Source: a virus
Direction: 5' to 3' (one strand)
Virus record (IMG/VR): IMGVR_UViG_3300032032_000001
Coordinates: 1-64,000 of that record
DNA: 64,000 nt
Part shown: piece after piece, positions 22,201 to 32,144 of the stretch
Layout: each line of letters starts with the position of its first letter
Position numbering within the stretch: position 1 is the first letter of the stretch
Notes under the pieces: generated by a model
The model's database searches: none
What the model saw: the letters and a program-made list of their open reading frames with translations, nothing else
Told to the model about the DNA's origin: nothing
Program-made: the position numbers and the translations under genes

Positions 22201-25200
22201 CGAGGAGTCTGACCACAAAGTAACCGGCATTAAGAATGTAAGCTTCCACGCACCCGTCAACAGCGCGATGGTTCCAGGAGTTGATACCTACTGGGCGGAG
22301 ATTTCTTACTTTGATAACTCCGCTACCGTCGAAGGAAACTTCGGCCTCTTCGTAGGCTTCCCAGAAGAACTTGTTAAGAGCTACGATGAAGACCTTGATT
22401 ATCTAAGCGTCATTAAGGCCATGTGGTTCGCATTTTTAAGCGGGCCACACTTCGATAACCTGAAGCTAGGCGTTCAGGCACTATTCTCCTTACCGTACTC
22501 AGAGGTCCGTGGGCAGATTACCTTTATAGACCCGCCGACAGACAGTGAGCCCGGTAGGATTGTTATGGTTGATGGGGAAAATAGGACCTACAACTACACC
22601 TACCCAGAGAACGCCGAGTTAGCCATAAACCCCGATACAGGGCGGACGATTAAGGCCTTCAATCTTGTTGATGATGAGGATGCCCTTAATGATGAAGAAG
22701 CAGCTGTGCTGGCAGACGCTAAGGTTGCACCGCATACCAAGCTAGTGGATGTGGTCATGATTGAGGACTACATCTCAAACCCAGACCTTATCGAGCGTCA
22801 ATTCGGCGGCAATGTCCGAAAGTACGTGGACGACAACGGGGTCGTTCATGAGATAGACGAGCCGCCTACAATTGTAGAGAAGTATCATAAATTTATTGTT
22901 GATGTGCCGCTTGAGGTCGCCCGGACAACGGAAGTATTCCCGCTGGTCAAGACCTTCCTAAAGGAGGCCAAACCAGCATACACAGACTTCATATTACTAG
23001 GGTCTCTGAGGCTCTCAGACGAAGTTAGCGTGCTTGAGGAGACTATCCTTAAACCAACCCTTCTCCTGAAGGATACGCCCCACACAGAGCCGTACTGGGC
23101 TTTGTATGACGGCCTTGGAACCACGTACTCGGAGATGGTACCAACCATAGACCCGAATACAGGGGTTCAGGCCATCCACCCAGATACCGGAGAGCCTATG
23201 TGGCACTCCGAGGATAAGCAGCAAGAGATTATTCCCGCAGAGAGGGAGTTGCTCACTTGGCCCGTTGAGCGCACAAAGGAGAAGGTTGCGGGTATCGACA
23301 ACTCCGCCGCTGAGGACATGAACGCTCTCGTGTTCACTCCTCCCGAGGGGTATCAGTTTGCGTACACGGACGACGGGATGGGCAATCAGATCTTGCCCGT
23401 GACGCTGCGCTTCGAACCTTCTCATCAGATAGGCACAATAGTAAGCGTCGGCCCAAATACGTGGAGCTACGGCCCGATAGGGGAATTAGTTGTTGAGCAG
23501 TCACCCTCGTCAGCTTCTCCCGCCTGGAAGAGTTTGGGTTTTTATATTCCCGGAGACCCCACCTTCCACAAGTTAGACATCTCCGTAGCCGGGACTGCAT
23601 ATGTCCCCGTGGTAGGCAACCCGATTGGTGCCACCCTGGAGTTTGATTTGGGAACACCATTCCCAGTAAACGCCAACACACTGAACGCATTAGACCTTAC
23701 TTTCTACCTACTGACGGACGAGGCGGCCAACCTGCCAGTACCAACAGTGACGTATTGGGATGATGAGGATGTAAAAGAGAAGTTCGAGTCTGGTTACTGC
23801 GAAGGGGTTCTGGATGATTACTCCGGGGACGGCTCTTGGAACTACAAGAGAAAAACACTCGACATGGTTAACGGTCTCAACTCGGACCTTGATGTTGTAA
23901 ACAGTCGTGTGTGGGTACCAATCATCAAAGACACCACAGATAACGAGCTTGAGTTTGTTCCCGACGAGGAGATCGACATCCGCTATCAGGGTGCCCCGGT
24001 GACCGACATTATCTGGAACGACGCCCCGCCAACCTTGTTGCACTATGGGGCATCGCATCACCCGAAGATTCCATTCGGCGTAAGCTCCCCACAAAACAAC
24101 CACCCATACACATACATGCTCCTAGGGTTCGAGTCTGTCTACGGGCTTGAAAAACCACAACTGACCGGAGAAGAGCTAAATAGCTCCCCAGACAGTTTGA
24201 TGAATTACGGCCACGAATCCCGACTAGATGTTCTAAAGGCCGTGTATGATTATGTGACCACGATTGCTGGGGACGTAAATGATATCACTCTTGTGGGGGC
24301 TGTTAGCGGCGCTGTGGCTAGGATGGACGCTCTGGAAAACGGCGACCCAGTAGTTGACAGAGGCAACCCCGAACACGCGCCATATTTCTTACTAGAAACC
24401 ATGTGGCAGACTGATAAACTTATTAGTTACGGCCCGAAGGCTTTCGCGGATATTATTACAACGAAATATATCCCCCTTGGAGGAATATCCGTAACAGACT
24501 TTCAAAATGCAGCTTTGAATCTTCATCCAGAGGGTGGGTTTGTTCTAGAGACAAGCATGTTTTATGATGATTTCTCTAAGGGCATGGACAGTTGGATTAC
24601 AAATGTGAACGCCCCAGGAGAGATTAGGTACCAGTTTGGGCACCCGAACCAAACCCCATACGTGTTTTCCTTGGGCGATACGATGACAACCCCAACGAGA
24701 CTCTTGGAGCTGGATAGGGATTTCGAGGTAACGAAGGGGCTAATAGTTCAGTACAAGTGGGCGCATGGAGACTTTGAGGACAATGTTGCCGGTGGCTTGG
24801 ACATGGATAAGCCTGATAACGCAAACGAATCACTCAAGCTGTATTACAGCCATAATGGTGGCGCGTGGGTCCTGGCGGATGACCACGTTGCGAGCATCGC
24901 TACGCAAGGCGACGCCATGGGCTGGCAGTTAAAAAATGTTGTGATTGAGCCCGGTGGGGTTGTTTCCGGAGATACCTTGCGAATCAAGTGGGAGCAGGAC
25001 GATTACGATCAGACGGTCGATAACTGGGCTTTCGCCGACGTTCGTGTATCCGACTTGGTTGACCCCGTGAACCCGGACTCCGTTCACTATCCAAACTGGG
25101 GTGAGACGCCTGTTGACCACACCTCCACCATTATCGAGGAGCCATTAAGCAGGAGCAACGTCTCCGAGGTGCAGCAGCACCCATACAACCAACTAAGGTC

Positions 25201-26050
25201 TCCCAAGGAACAGTTCATCCCCAGCTTTAGCCCGGGGTACTACAGTTGGCAGAAACCCTTATCCGACTGGAACGATGGGGCCAACATTGATTTAGATGGG
25301 GGAGGGATCATCGTCCCAGCCACGCCAGCCCCACTTCTTACGTGGGATTACACGGATGTTGGGCGCGTATCTGACGCCCCAACAGAGCTAGATAGCTTTA
25401 CCCAGAACCCCAGTACAAGAGCTTTGCAGAATGTCCACATCGGATACAAGGTCCGTTGCTGGAAGGAACACCACTACACGCACGGGTTTACAGAGTTCTT
25501 TATTCCGACTCCAAGCCTTAAACTGGTAGAGCCTTCGTCATCAGCTTATGACATAAGGCTGGGAGGATTCTATTTCTGCAATGATGACCCAACAAGAACA
25601 ACAGTGCCCACAGCTGACCCGAACTCCTTTGATGGGACCATCGGCGGAAGCTGGTTATTTTTACGGCACAGTGAGACCGGAGACGAGACCGCTGTGACTG
25701 ATTGGGTATTTGAAGTAGGGACCCACCCGGGTAAGCATATTGTGCCGAAAGGCCCGCTTAATGACGGAACTTCAACTTGGGTAGAGGGCAGAGACCCTGA
25801 CCCGCTGGAGCCGTTTGATCCGGGTCAACGGAGCGATGGACACATTTACGAACTAAACATTCCAGTCCTTCCCAGGGACGGTTATTACGATATTATAATC
25901 AGGAATTATAGACCTTGGTCTATGCAGCCTGGAGCCCCGATACAGATTCATATGGATGAGGTAGTCGCCTACCGAGCCTATTACCATGAATCTGATGGAT
26001 GGGGTGGAGTTGCCTGGGGTACCGGACCTTGGGGCGGTGCTGAAAGCTAG
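19232..26050 (+). CDS. Giant baseplate wedge-associated protein with PKD-like and reelin-like domains
   Basis: Follows baseplate J; YLPDFW...WSAM and FLKEAKPAYT are wedge (gpI/gp7)-like segments; interrupted PKD-like domain; YSHNGGAW-containing jelly-roll near the C terminus. Confidence 0.6.
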   Translation: MAQLPVSPVWDLIDYTFRASDSEVYDTGARFIGDPVQSIEGLSVIPYPGNVFIEDGYASFIAKTSDSNAAIKEVSSLVVAAEINGGIPENFTIEFDIFLSEDLPKQASNVENRIFVGALNIQGYSAGFVFSREGIHVANSPNDPHPVALGGSSSIMFNDDGSPVDGLFIRAVVSGEEGRLYVYAESSEKAYFTEKNITDAELIASRAASLSVSSLGDAVIVHGSALSAAMQLELELNAPGEDTAIGQDVAFSIGSLRLSGNKRFPQDRPEAVVVANSQIVVGQAMVLNGSQSSDKMARPLDFFWEIDLAPEASNAKMQGAKHSECVVTIPAPDPLDPPIEVAKLVFTKASLKDNDYSLIIEVGPPSGSLTTDIDFINKEIRVNLESDFAGNSNTTVADFLAAFADTLAAGYNMKVSGGEDLTTGTVYPKILKALFTEGTSASGYEMLQPNVFQFSGGVGSDLRSPIFIPDTPGTYIISLMVHNGIRQSRKDIQVVTATISEQLLGHRPNSNYIFKYLPDFWNLVSDKKQLPSIWSAMTQAVSSELLVAWQNDYGKALKDISRRYQRRWLHHDCVVEIPPDIPVDLIYHKVSEYGTQPDILSVNPVAFGTHTKTAYIHSPELVQPLEAGRALIFSDVSGPEALDITELLYIDDPTGWRVSSKLTSFPVYALVAERTGGYFVADPEAVAITTPVVSSVMYEPTYPFTNINQETDRIRLLLKDETTVTGGITAFNPGGKKNTVRIDISAEDVDGIPRQWEHLREVQYQSVWQGPYLSIFQTFYFSDTMKFGMGDFARIALVDPYTSGEINVHLPIYAFDNNDLFVQWAPLIGSLNAAASLNGDEKVWSEEDLPDLSWKLSALVKHNETFKKDDLVSVPILGETTMSPQGLKERFDFDIEDNRVKFKSLLSGSLDIAPTTIIIGDQPKLCWSATLKPDFSYHPAYTDLVNAEAITNTELAQEMGLTTIVLDDGPAGTYSLLGISEDGTKLLLDGEESDHKVTGIKNVSFHAPVNSAMVPGVDTYWAEISYFDNSATVEGNFGLFVGFPEELVKSYDEDLDYLSVIKAMWFAFLSGPHFDNLKLGVQALFSLPYSEVRGQITFIDPPTDSEPGRIVMVDGENRTYNYTYPENAELAINPDTGRTIKAFNLVDDEDALNDEEAAVLADAKVAPHTKLVDVVMIEDYISNPDLIERQFGGNVRKYVDDNGVVHEIDEPPTIVEKYHKFIVDVPLEVARTTEVFPLVKTFLKEAKPAYTDFILLGSLRLSDEVSVLEETILKPTLLLKDTPHTEPYWALYDGLGTTYSEMVPTIDPNTGVQAIHPDTGEPMWHSEDKQQEIIPAERELLTWPVERTKEKVAGIDNSAAEDMNALVFTPPEGYQFAYTDDGMGNQILPVTLRFEPSHQIGTIVSVGPNTWSYGPIGELVVEQSPSSASPAWKSLGFYIPGDPTFHKLDISVAGTAYVPVVGNPIGATLEFDLGTPFPVNANTLNALDLTFYLLTDEAANLPVPTVTYWDDEDVKEKFESGYCEGVLDDYSGDGSWNYKRKTLDMVNGLNSDLDVVNSRVWVPIIKDTTDNELEFVPDEEIDIRYQGAPVTDIIWNDAPPTLLHYGASHHPKIPFGVSSPQNNHPYTYMLLGFESVYGLEKPQLTGEELNSSPDSLMNYGHESRLDVLKAVYDYVTTIAGDVNDITLVGAVSGAVARMDALENGDPVVDRGNPEHAPYFLLETMWQTDKLISYGPKAFADIITTKYIPLGGISVTDFQNAALNLHPEGGFVLETSMFYDDFSKGMDSWITNVNAPGEIRYQFGHPNQTPYVFSLGDTMTTPTRLLELDRDFEVTKGLIVQYKWAHGDFEDNVAGGLDMDKPDNANESLKLYYSHNGGAWVLADDHVASIATQGDAMGWQLKNVVIEPGGVVSGDTLRIKWEQDDYDQTVDNWAFADVRVSDLVDPVNPDSVHYPNWGETPVDHTSTIIEEPLSRSNVSEVQQHPYNQLRSPKEQFIPSFSPGYYSWQKPLSDWNDGANIDLDGGGIIVPATPAPLLTWDYTDVGRVSDAPTELDSFTQNPSTRALQNVHIGYKVRCWKEHHYTHGFTEFFIPTPSLKLVEPSSSAYDIRLGGFYFCNDDPTRTTVPTADPNSFDGTIGGSWLFLRHSETGDETAVTDWVFEVGTHPGKHIVPKGPLNDGTSTWVEGRDPDPLEPFDPGQRSDGHIYELNIPVLPRDGYYDIIIRNYRPWSMQPGAPIQIHMDEVVAYRAYYHESDGWGGVAWGTGPWGGAES

Positions 26051-26061
26051 GAGATTTTACT

Positions 26062-29000
26062 ATGGCATATATCAAATTAACACACCCTTTTGGCAGTACA
26101 GGCGATAAGCTGTACGACCAGCACGCTGTTCATGGCGGCCCTACTTTAGACGTATGGTTCACCCTCGATGGTGTAATCGACGCTGAGTATCTTGCAGGCG
26201 TAGCGCCGGGACTTGCTGATGTAGGCAAGTATGTAAACCTTGCTTGGCGATTTTTTGGGCCAGACGGCCCTGAGCGGGAACTGTCTGACTCTGGGGGCGT
26301 TCCTCCAGACGGAACACTCGCCAATCCGAAGACCTTTGAAGCGCCGACTCCTGGGCGCTATCTGGTTCGACTTACCGCCAGGGTTCTTGAGATACAAAAC
26401 GGAACCGTAGGACCAAGCGCCACGGACTCCCACTTCTCAGCATTTGTTGAGATTGAGGACCCCAACATCATCGGAAACGCTGACGGAGGACACCTGGAGT
26501 ATGCCCCGGGGTCTCGCGGAAGCTCTTACATCGCCCCCACAGAGGCTGACGAGTTTGATCCGGATGAGGGCTGGGCGAGAAGTGCTGAGCGTTATTTCGC
26601 GTCCATCAGCAAACAGCTGGGTAACCGGAGGATGGTTACTCTCAAGACGCAGCAGGAGGTTTTCCAGGGAGACATTCTGACGCTCCAAGTCGGCGCTTAT
26701 GAGAAGTGGAAGAGTTCCATTGTGGGCACAGACCCCGGCGGAGTGGAGAGCTACTATTACAACTATGTCCTTGATGCCCGAAAGCTCACTATCGGGGAAG
26801 TCCAATCAGACCTTGTTCTAGAGGCCCCTCTTTTTGTTGTTATGCAACACGCTGGTGCGGGGGACAGGGTGAACGCCCTTGCGGAAGGAACGCTTCCTTT
26901 TGACACTACTGGCTGGGCTGCGGATGACCGCGTATACGTGTCAGCTGCGAGCGCTCTTACCAATACACAACCAAGCACTGTTGATGTAAACAACCGAGAT
27001 CGCCTCATTGGTCACACAGTAGCCGCTGGCACTGACTCAGCTAATCCCCCCGGATCCATTTACTTCCACGGTACGATTCCGTGGCTACCCACTGTTGTCA
27101 CGGGGCCGCTGGCAAGCACTGATGATGCGATTGTTCGCTGGGACGGAACTACTGGCGACAAGATCAAAGACAGCCGAGTTGTCCTAAAGCAGGACGAGGG
27201 CTCTAGTTCGGCGTACGTAAGGACCTCCACAGATGGGTGGAGTTTAGAGATAACCACCGGAGAGGCGGCTCCTGGCGCAACCAGTAACCCTGGCTCGATG
27301 GACATAAGCCCCGGGATGCGTCTAGACGGCGACGGCGCGAGCTTAAACATTGCCTCCGGAAGCACAGCCGCAAATGGTAATGGCGGAACTGTGCAAATTA
27401 CTGGCGGCGGAACCACTAACGGTGACGGGGGTGCCGCTGGTATCGCTGGCGGAAGCGGCCAAGATGGTGGCGGTGAGGCTTTAATTACTGGTGGTACAGG
27501 AACTGTCGCGGGTGCGGGTAGTGGTGGAGCTGTTCGCATTGCGGGCGGAGGCGCGGATAATGCCGCAGGTCTTGGTGGCAATGTAAGTATTGATGGTGGT
27601 GTAGCTTCCAACGGGAACGGGGGTGTTCTATTAGGCACAAACGTGGACGCGACGACTGAGGTAGGCGCTCCGGCGCACACCCTGGCCCACACGCTTCTGG
27701 TCCATAAGGGCATCAAGGTGCTCAACCAGACACAGTCCAAGATCCTCATTGAGAGCACCGCGAGCTTCACACAGTTCAGCATGGTTTCTACCACGTCAGG
27801 GAACGTCGATAGTGATTGCGATGTCCTCTTTGGCGACGATGTAAACCCCGGTGCCGGTGGCATTAAGTATGACATGTCCACGGCTGCTGCGCACGGCGCG
27901 GACAAAATGTCGTTTTCTGTCTGGAATGTTCCTACGCTTACGTCGTTTCCGATCCTTACCTTGGTGACAACCCCTGATAAAAAGGCGTTTGTTGATGGGA
28001 TTCTTGAGGTGTCTGGGGATGGTATTTTCTGCGGTGGCGCTGTAAAGCTGTATGGAGTCCCATATACTGGATGGTCTCCAGTGGATGCCGCCAGCTTCGT
28101 CAACAACATGGTCGCCCATTTCGATGGGGACATCGATGTAACAGGCAATATAGACCCAACAGGTATAGTCTTTTCGGAACAGGACCCAGCAACTCCCCCC
28201 TATGACCCGACTGGAGGCAACGCCACTAAGGGCCTTCTGTATACGGCAACAGGGCAGGGAGGGAACGCAAACACGCTTCGGTATATCGACAACCAAGGCG
28301 TAGAGATCATTATGGGGCAGTCGGAAATTGGCAGCCCCTCACCAGACGCAAACGGCGTAATCAGTACAGATAGAGCTATTGCTGCATGGGATGGGAACCA
28401 AGGGGACCTACTTAGAAACACAAACATATTAGTCAGTGATATTAATGGTGGCCCCTCACTGAGCACCAACAGCTTAGACACCGTACTAAACGTAAACAAT
28501 ATCGACATAACCGAAGACCTTCTTGTGTCTACTGGCGAGGGCATTAACCTTGGTCAGGGATTGCCGATGGCCACCGGCAACTTGATGTTGCACGCTGGGC
28601 ACGCTTTTGCCCAAGGAGTTGCTTACGCCGAAGGCGGGGGCGTTATTATTCGAGCGGGTAGCGGGATTGGGCCACAATACGGCAACCCCAACGCCAACGA
28701 TGATGGTAGTGGTGGTGACGTAGAGTTGACGGCTGGTGGGGCGACTAACCAGTATATGACCGCCGGTAGCATTCGCTCGGCTGCGGGCAATCACTTAGGC
28801 GGCATTCCCAGCACGGCTGGCAATATAGATGAGCCCCATTTAGACACGCTCGGTGACTCAAGAGGTGGTCAGAACCTCATTGCAGGCGGGCTAGGAAACA
28901 GCGGCGGGCTTGTCTTCGTCCAAGGCGGCCATTCTTCCGACATCACTAATCCAGGAGCACCCGGCGTCGGGGACGGTGGCGACATCACCCTGATCGGCGG

Positions 29001-31323
29001 GCTTAGTGGCTTATGGCAGCTTGACAACGGAGAGGTTACGGCGACCCCCAGGGGCGGAGCCCTTGGCGGCACTGTCAATATCCATGGTGGTAACTCGCCG
29101 ATATCCAGGAACGTTAACGGAGCCGCTGGCACGGAAGGGCAGTACTGGGTAAGAGACGGCGGTAGCGGCGGTGCTGTGAAAATCACTGGCGGTAACGCCG
29201 GTTACGGCACTGGGTTAAGTGGGATGAACGCAATCGACACCACCGGAGACGGTGTGATCGATATGACCACCTCACACGGGCACGGTGGTGATGTAACAAT
29301 CTCGGGTGGGGCCGGGGATCACTTCGGTGACGCTGGTGACGTAGTAATCCAAACACAGCATACGAACCCAGGTGACTTCGTAACCCCATACGCTGGGCCT
29401 CAGGGATTCACTGTTGGGCAGCAGGGGTTCGGGAAACCGGGCGACATCAAGATCTCTGCCGCAAGCACTATCCCGGACGTTGCGCATCGCAAGCAGCCGG
29501 GGAACGTGTTCATCACGGCTGGTCTTGCTGGCACAGCTACAAACTCCGGGAACATGGAGGGGGATGCGTCTTACAATGCCACGCTTCAGGCGGGTACAAA
29601 CCAGCCACAGCAAGTAATTGGGACACCAGGGTCAGCCGTCGTAGCCGCCCCCGGCCAACCAGATTGGGAGCAGAGCGGGGTTCTGACGGGGCCTGACGCA
29701 TCAATCCCATGGCCTACGCAGGGACCAAACGACAATTTTCCAGGAGAGCTTCTTACTCCATGGCCTTCGATTGTGTCCTTTGATCCGCACCAGCGAGGAA
29801 GTGTTGTAATAGGTAGCGGGGGATTCAACGGACTCACCGACAATCCAACCGTTCCTGGCGTAGTCAACCCAACCACGGGCCAGAATATCAATGGTTCGAT
29901 GATGTGCAACGGTCGCGTTCCGCGACTTGTTGTTGAGGGCAGCGCCAAGATCAGGGGCGGAGTAGACCCAACGTACGTAAGTTTCGAGAGTTTTGCTCAG
30001 CATCCCATGGAAGTTGAGATGGCGGAGATTTATGACGGTGAAGACCTTGCCGCTATGTTAAGCGCCTATCGGACTCTTAGAGATAAGACGTTGTGGGTCC
30101 ATAGTGACTGGCAGGGTTTTGGGCCAACTTTGATGCTGGGCGACGGCCCAATCCAAGGCGGCGGAGGGAACGGAGGCCATACGACAAACAACTATCTCGT
30201 TGGAGGTGGCAACCTAAAACATCTCGGGGAAATTCAACCGAGCGGCCCTTCAGGGGGCCCTGGATACGTGGTTGCTTCTGACGCTGTCCCCAGGAGACTT
30301 CATTCTGAAGGCGGAGGGCCCATTGAGATCAAGGTCAACCCAACAGTCCAGGACAGTAAAATTCTCCTGAGATTCAACAGCTTGATCACGTTTAGAAACG
30401 CGGATGCATCTGGGGGACAGAACACAACTAGGGTAATGTTCGCCAGACAGAATGTTGATAAAACATGGGCAAGGCTGACCCCAAGTGGTGAGGAATTGGG
30501 ACCGACCGATTCTCCGGAATGGGCTTCCACTGGCGGCTGGAATCTCCAGGACGATCTCTTCAACGTTACCGAGAACTCTAAGGAGGGCAGTCGCGGATCA
30601 ATGCAGTCATGCTCCTGGGTGGACGAAAAACGCCCTTCAGGACTAGAAGAGATTGTGTACTCCGTGTGGGCCGCGTCTGAAACCGGTGATGGTACAGTTG
30701 CTTACGGGGAAAACGGGATACCTATAACCTTCGAAGTAATCGAGATACTAGAAGGGGAGGAGTCGGAGACTGTGGATATCCCAACGTACGACCCTGAAGA
30801 ACCGCCTACAGTTGGGGAGATTCCCGCAGCAGCGATGGCTGATGCTTCTGGCGGGGTAACTTTGAGCGCAAGCACGATTGAGGCTGTAGCCTCTAGAACG
30901 AAATCGGGACAACTGTCGGCTACAGGCATTAGGACCACAGGTGCTGTCTATACACATGTTTCAACGCTTAGCGCGGAAAACATGACTGAAGACTGGGCCG
31001 AGGACTCGAAACACATCGGGCTGTACTCTGTTGCGCCTACGGACCACGTTATTGGCATGAATTCAGCATCTTACGGTGGTGAGGGCGTTGGTAAAACTCT
31101 TGTTATCGATCTTCCCACACCAACGCAGGAGGAGTCTGGGCGTACATACGTACTCAAGGACAGCCAGGGTCGAGCAAGAATTTGGGCACGAGCGGCCAAC
31201 GCTACAGACCCCAATGAGAAGAACATCTGGTCCATTGATGGAAATAGGGAATCTCTAGTGAACGAGGTTCCTCGCGGAAGTATTACAATTTACTGTGATG
31301 GTGAGAATTATTATGTTGTGTAG
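26062..31323 (+). CDS. Tail fibre protein with Gly-rich GG-x-V-x-I-x-GG repeats
   Basis: GGAG RBS; many GGxVxIxGG repeats; duplicated STDxAIxxWDG module; fibre-type C terminus (LPTP...GRTYVLKD...ITIYCDGENYYVV). Confidence 0.7.
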   Translation: MAYIKLTHPFGSTGDKLYDQHAVHGGPTLDVWFTLDGVIDAEYLAGVAPGLADVGKYVNLAWRFFGPDGPERELSDSGGVPPDGTLANPKTFEAPTPGRYLVRLTARVLEIQNGTVGPSATDSHFSAFVEIEDPNIIGNADGGHLEYAPGSRGSSYIAPTEADEFDPDEGWARSAERYFASISKQLGNRRMVTLKTQQEVFQGDILTLQVGAYEKWKSSIVGTDPGGVESYYYNYVLDARKLTIGEVQSDLVLEAPLFVVMQHAGAGDRVNALAEGTLPFDTTGWAADDRVYVSAASALTNTQPSTVDVNNRDRLIGHTVAAGTDSANPPGSIYFHGTIPWLPTVVTGPLASTDDAIVRWDGTTGDKIKDSRVVLKQDEGSSSAYVRTSTDGWSLEITTGEAAPGATSNPGSMDISPGMRLDGDGASLNIASGSTAANGNGGTVQITGGGTTNGDGGAAGIAGGSGQDGGGEALITGGTGTVAGAGSGGAVRIAGGGADNAAGLGGNVSIDGGVASNGNGGVLLGTNVDATTEVGAPAHTLAHTLLVHKGIKVLNQTQSKILIESTASFTQFSMVSTTSGNVDSDCDVLFGDDVNPGAGGIKYDMSTAAAHGADKMSFSVWNVPTLTSFPILTLVTTPDKKAFVDGILEVSGDGIFCGGAVKLYGVPYTGWSPVDAASFVNNMVAHFDGDIDVTGNIDPTGIVFSEQDPATPPYDPTGGNATKGLLYTATGQGGNANTLRYIDNQGVEIIMGQSEIGSPSPDANGVISTDRAIAAWDGNQGDLLRNTNILVSDINGGPSLSTNSLDTVLNVNNIDITEDLLVSTGEGINLGQGLPMATGNLMLHAGHAFAQGVAYAEGGGVIIRAGSGIGPQYGNPNANDDGSGGDVELTAGGATNQYMTAGSIRSAAGNHLGGIPSTAGNIDEPHLDTLGDSRGGQNLIAGGLGNSGGLVFVQGGHSSDITNPGAPGVGDGGDITLIGGLSGLWQLDNGEVTATPRGGALGGTVNIHGGNSPISRNVNGAAGTEGQYWVRDGGSGGAVKITGGNAGYGTGLSGMNAIDTTGDGVIDMTTSHGHGGDVTISGGAGDHFGDAGDVVIQTQHTNPGDFVTPYAGPQGFTVGQQGFGKPGDIKISAASTIPDVAHRKQPGNVFITAGLAGTATNSGNMEGDASYNATLQAGTNQPQQVIGTPGSAVVAAPGQPDWEQSGVLTGPDASIPWPTQGPNDNFPGELLTPWPSIVSFDPHQRGSVVIGSGGFNGLTDNPTVPGVVNPTTGQNINGSMMCNGRVPRLVVEGSAKIRGGVDPTYVSFESFAQHPMEVEMAEIYDGEDLAAMLSAYRTLRDKTLWVHSDWQGFGPTLMLGDGPIQGGGGNGGHTTNNYLVGGGNLKHLGEIQPSGPSGGPGYVVASDAVPRRLHSEGGGPIEIKVNPTVQDSKILLRFNSLITFRNADASGGQNTTRVMFARQNVDKTWARLTPSGEELGPTDSPEWASTGGWNLQDDLFNVTENSKEGSRGSMQSCSWVDEKRPSGLEEIVYSVWAASETGDGTVAYGENGIPITFEVIEILEGEESETVDIPTYDPEEPPTVGEIPAAAMADASGGVTLSASTIEAVASRTKSGQLSATGIRTTGAVYTHVSTLSAENMTEDWAEDSKHIGLYSVAPTDHVIGMNSASYGGEGVGKTLVIDLPTPTQEESGRTYVLKDSQGRARIWARAANATDPNEKNIWSIDGNRESLVNEVPRGSITIYCDGENYYVV

Positions 31324-31481
31324 TGATTCATACATATTATCTTGTAATGAAAAGCCCTTTTTCTTTTCAGCAAAGGCCTTCCGAAACAACCACATCAGCC
31401 TATATCATAGGCTGTGTATACAAGGCTCGACTATGCTGTTAGATGTAGGTATTGTTCCACCGAGCCGGGGAGTTAGTAATA

Positions 31482-32144
31482 ATGCTTCTATCTGATAAAT
31501 TAGAACCTACGATAAACATTGCCATTGCTGCGTTTGATAAAAAAACGGGCAAGCTGATTGACCAGCGACTCGGCCACAACGTGTTCACTAATACTGGGCG
31601 GAACTGGTTATCCAGAGTTGTTGGGTCTGATGACTACTCAATGGATCCACCAAACCCCCATAATACAGACAAAATTATGTTTATGGGATTCGGCTGTGGG
31701 GGCGCTTTGCAGGGGGATAACAACTTTGCGACAGGGCAAACAGAGCTAGTAACGGTCACTTCGATTCAAGACCCTATTCCAATCAGCAACGATTTCAATC
31801 AAAGGCTTTATCTAAAGCAGGTTGATGATCAGAGTAATAACAGTATCTATTTCCCCGGTGACTTCCGGACTAGGTTTATTATAGATATAGCAGAGGATGA
31901 GTTGTCTTTTCCGGGCAACATAACTCGTGTATCGAACGTGACCGTAGGAACTAGCGTACCTATCTCGGAAGCGGGGCTTTACTTAAGTTCAGCAAACCCA
32001 AGATTCACACACGAAGCCAACCCACCGTTGCTAGGTGAATCCGATCCAGCGGCCCCCAACTATTTGGTGGCTTACAATATTTTCGATCCGATCCATATAA
32101 CACCTAATGTTGTATTACGGGTTGAGTGGGAACTGCGGTTCTAG
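31482..32144 (+). CDS. Tail-collar/baseplate fibre attachment-like protein
   Basis: GGGGAG RBS before ATG 31482; HNVFTNTGRNWL...MGFGCGG...ISEAGLY...LVAYNIFDPI...VEWELRF pattern. Confidence 0.6.
   Translation: MLLSDKLEPTINIAIAAFDKKTGKLIDQRLGHNVFTNTGRNWLSRVVGSDDYSMDPPNPHNTDKIMFMGFGCGGALQGDNNFATGQTELVTVTSIQDPIPISNDFNQRLYLKQVDDQSNNSIYFPGDFRTRFIIDIAEDELSFPGNITRVSNVTVGTSVPISEAGLYLSSANPRFTHEANPPLLGESDPAAPNYLVAYNIFDPIHITPNVVLRVEWELRF

Noticed and set aside
27060-28148. 362-aa minus-strand ORF inside the tail fibre gene
   Set aside because: Pro-rich mirror of Gly codons on the + strand, with no RBS or recognisable motifs. The same applies to the many other antisense shadow ORFs in the track.
31370-31420. 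Possible hammerhead ribozyme (CGAAAC on +, CTGATG on -)
   Set aside because: The two core elements lie on opposite strands and CUGANGA is incomplete.
32134-32140. Extra TGCGGTT copy just upstream of the tailspike RBS
   Set aside because: It lies within coding sequence (ELRF codons) and may be chance; not counted among the intergenic copies.
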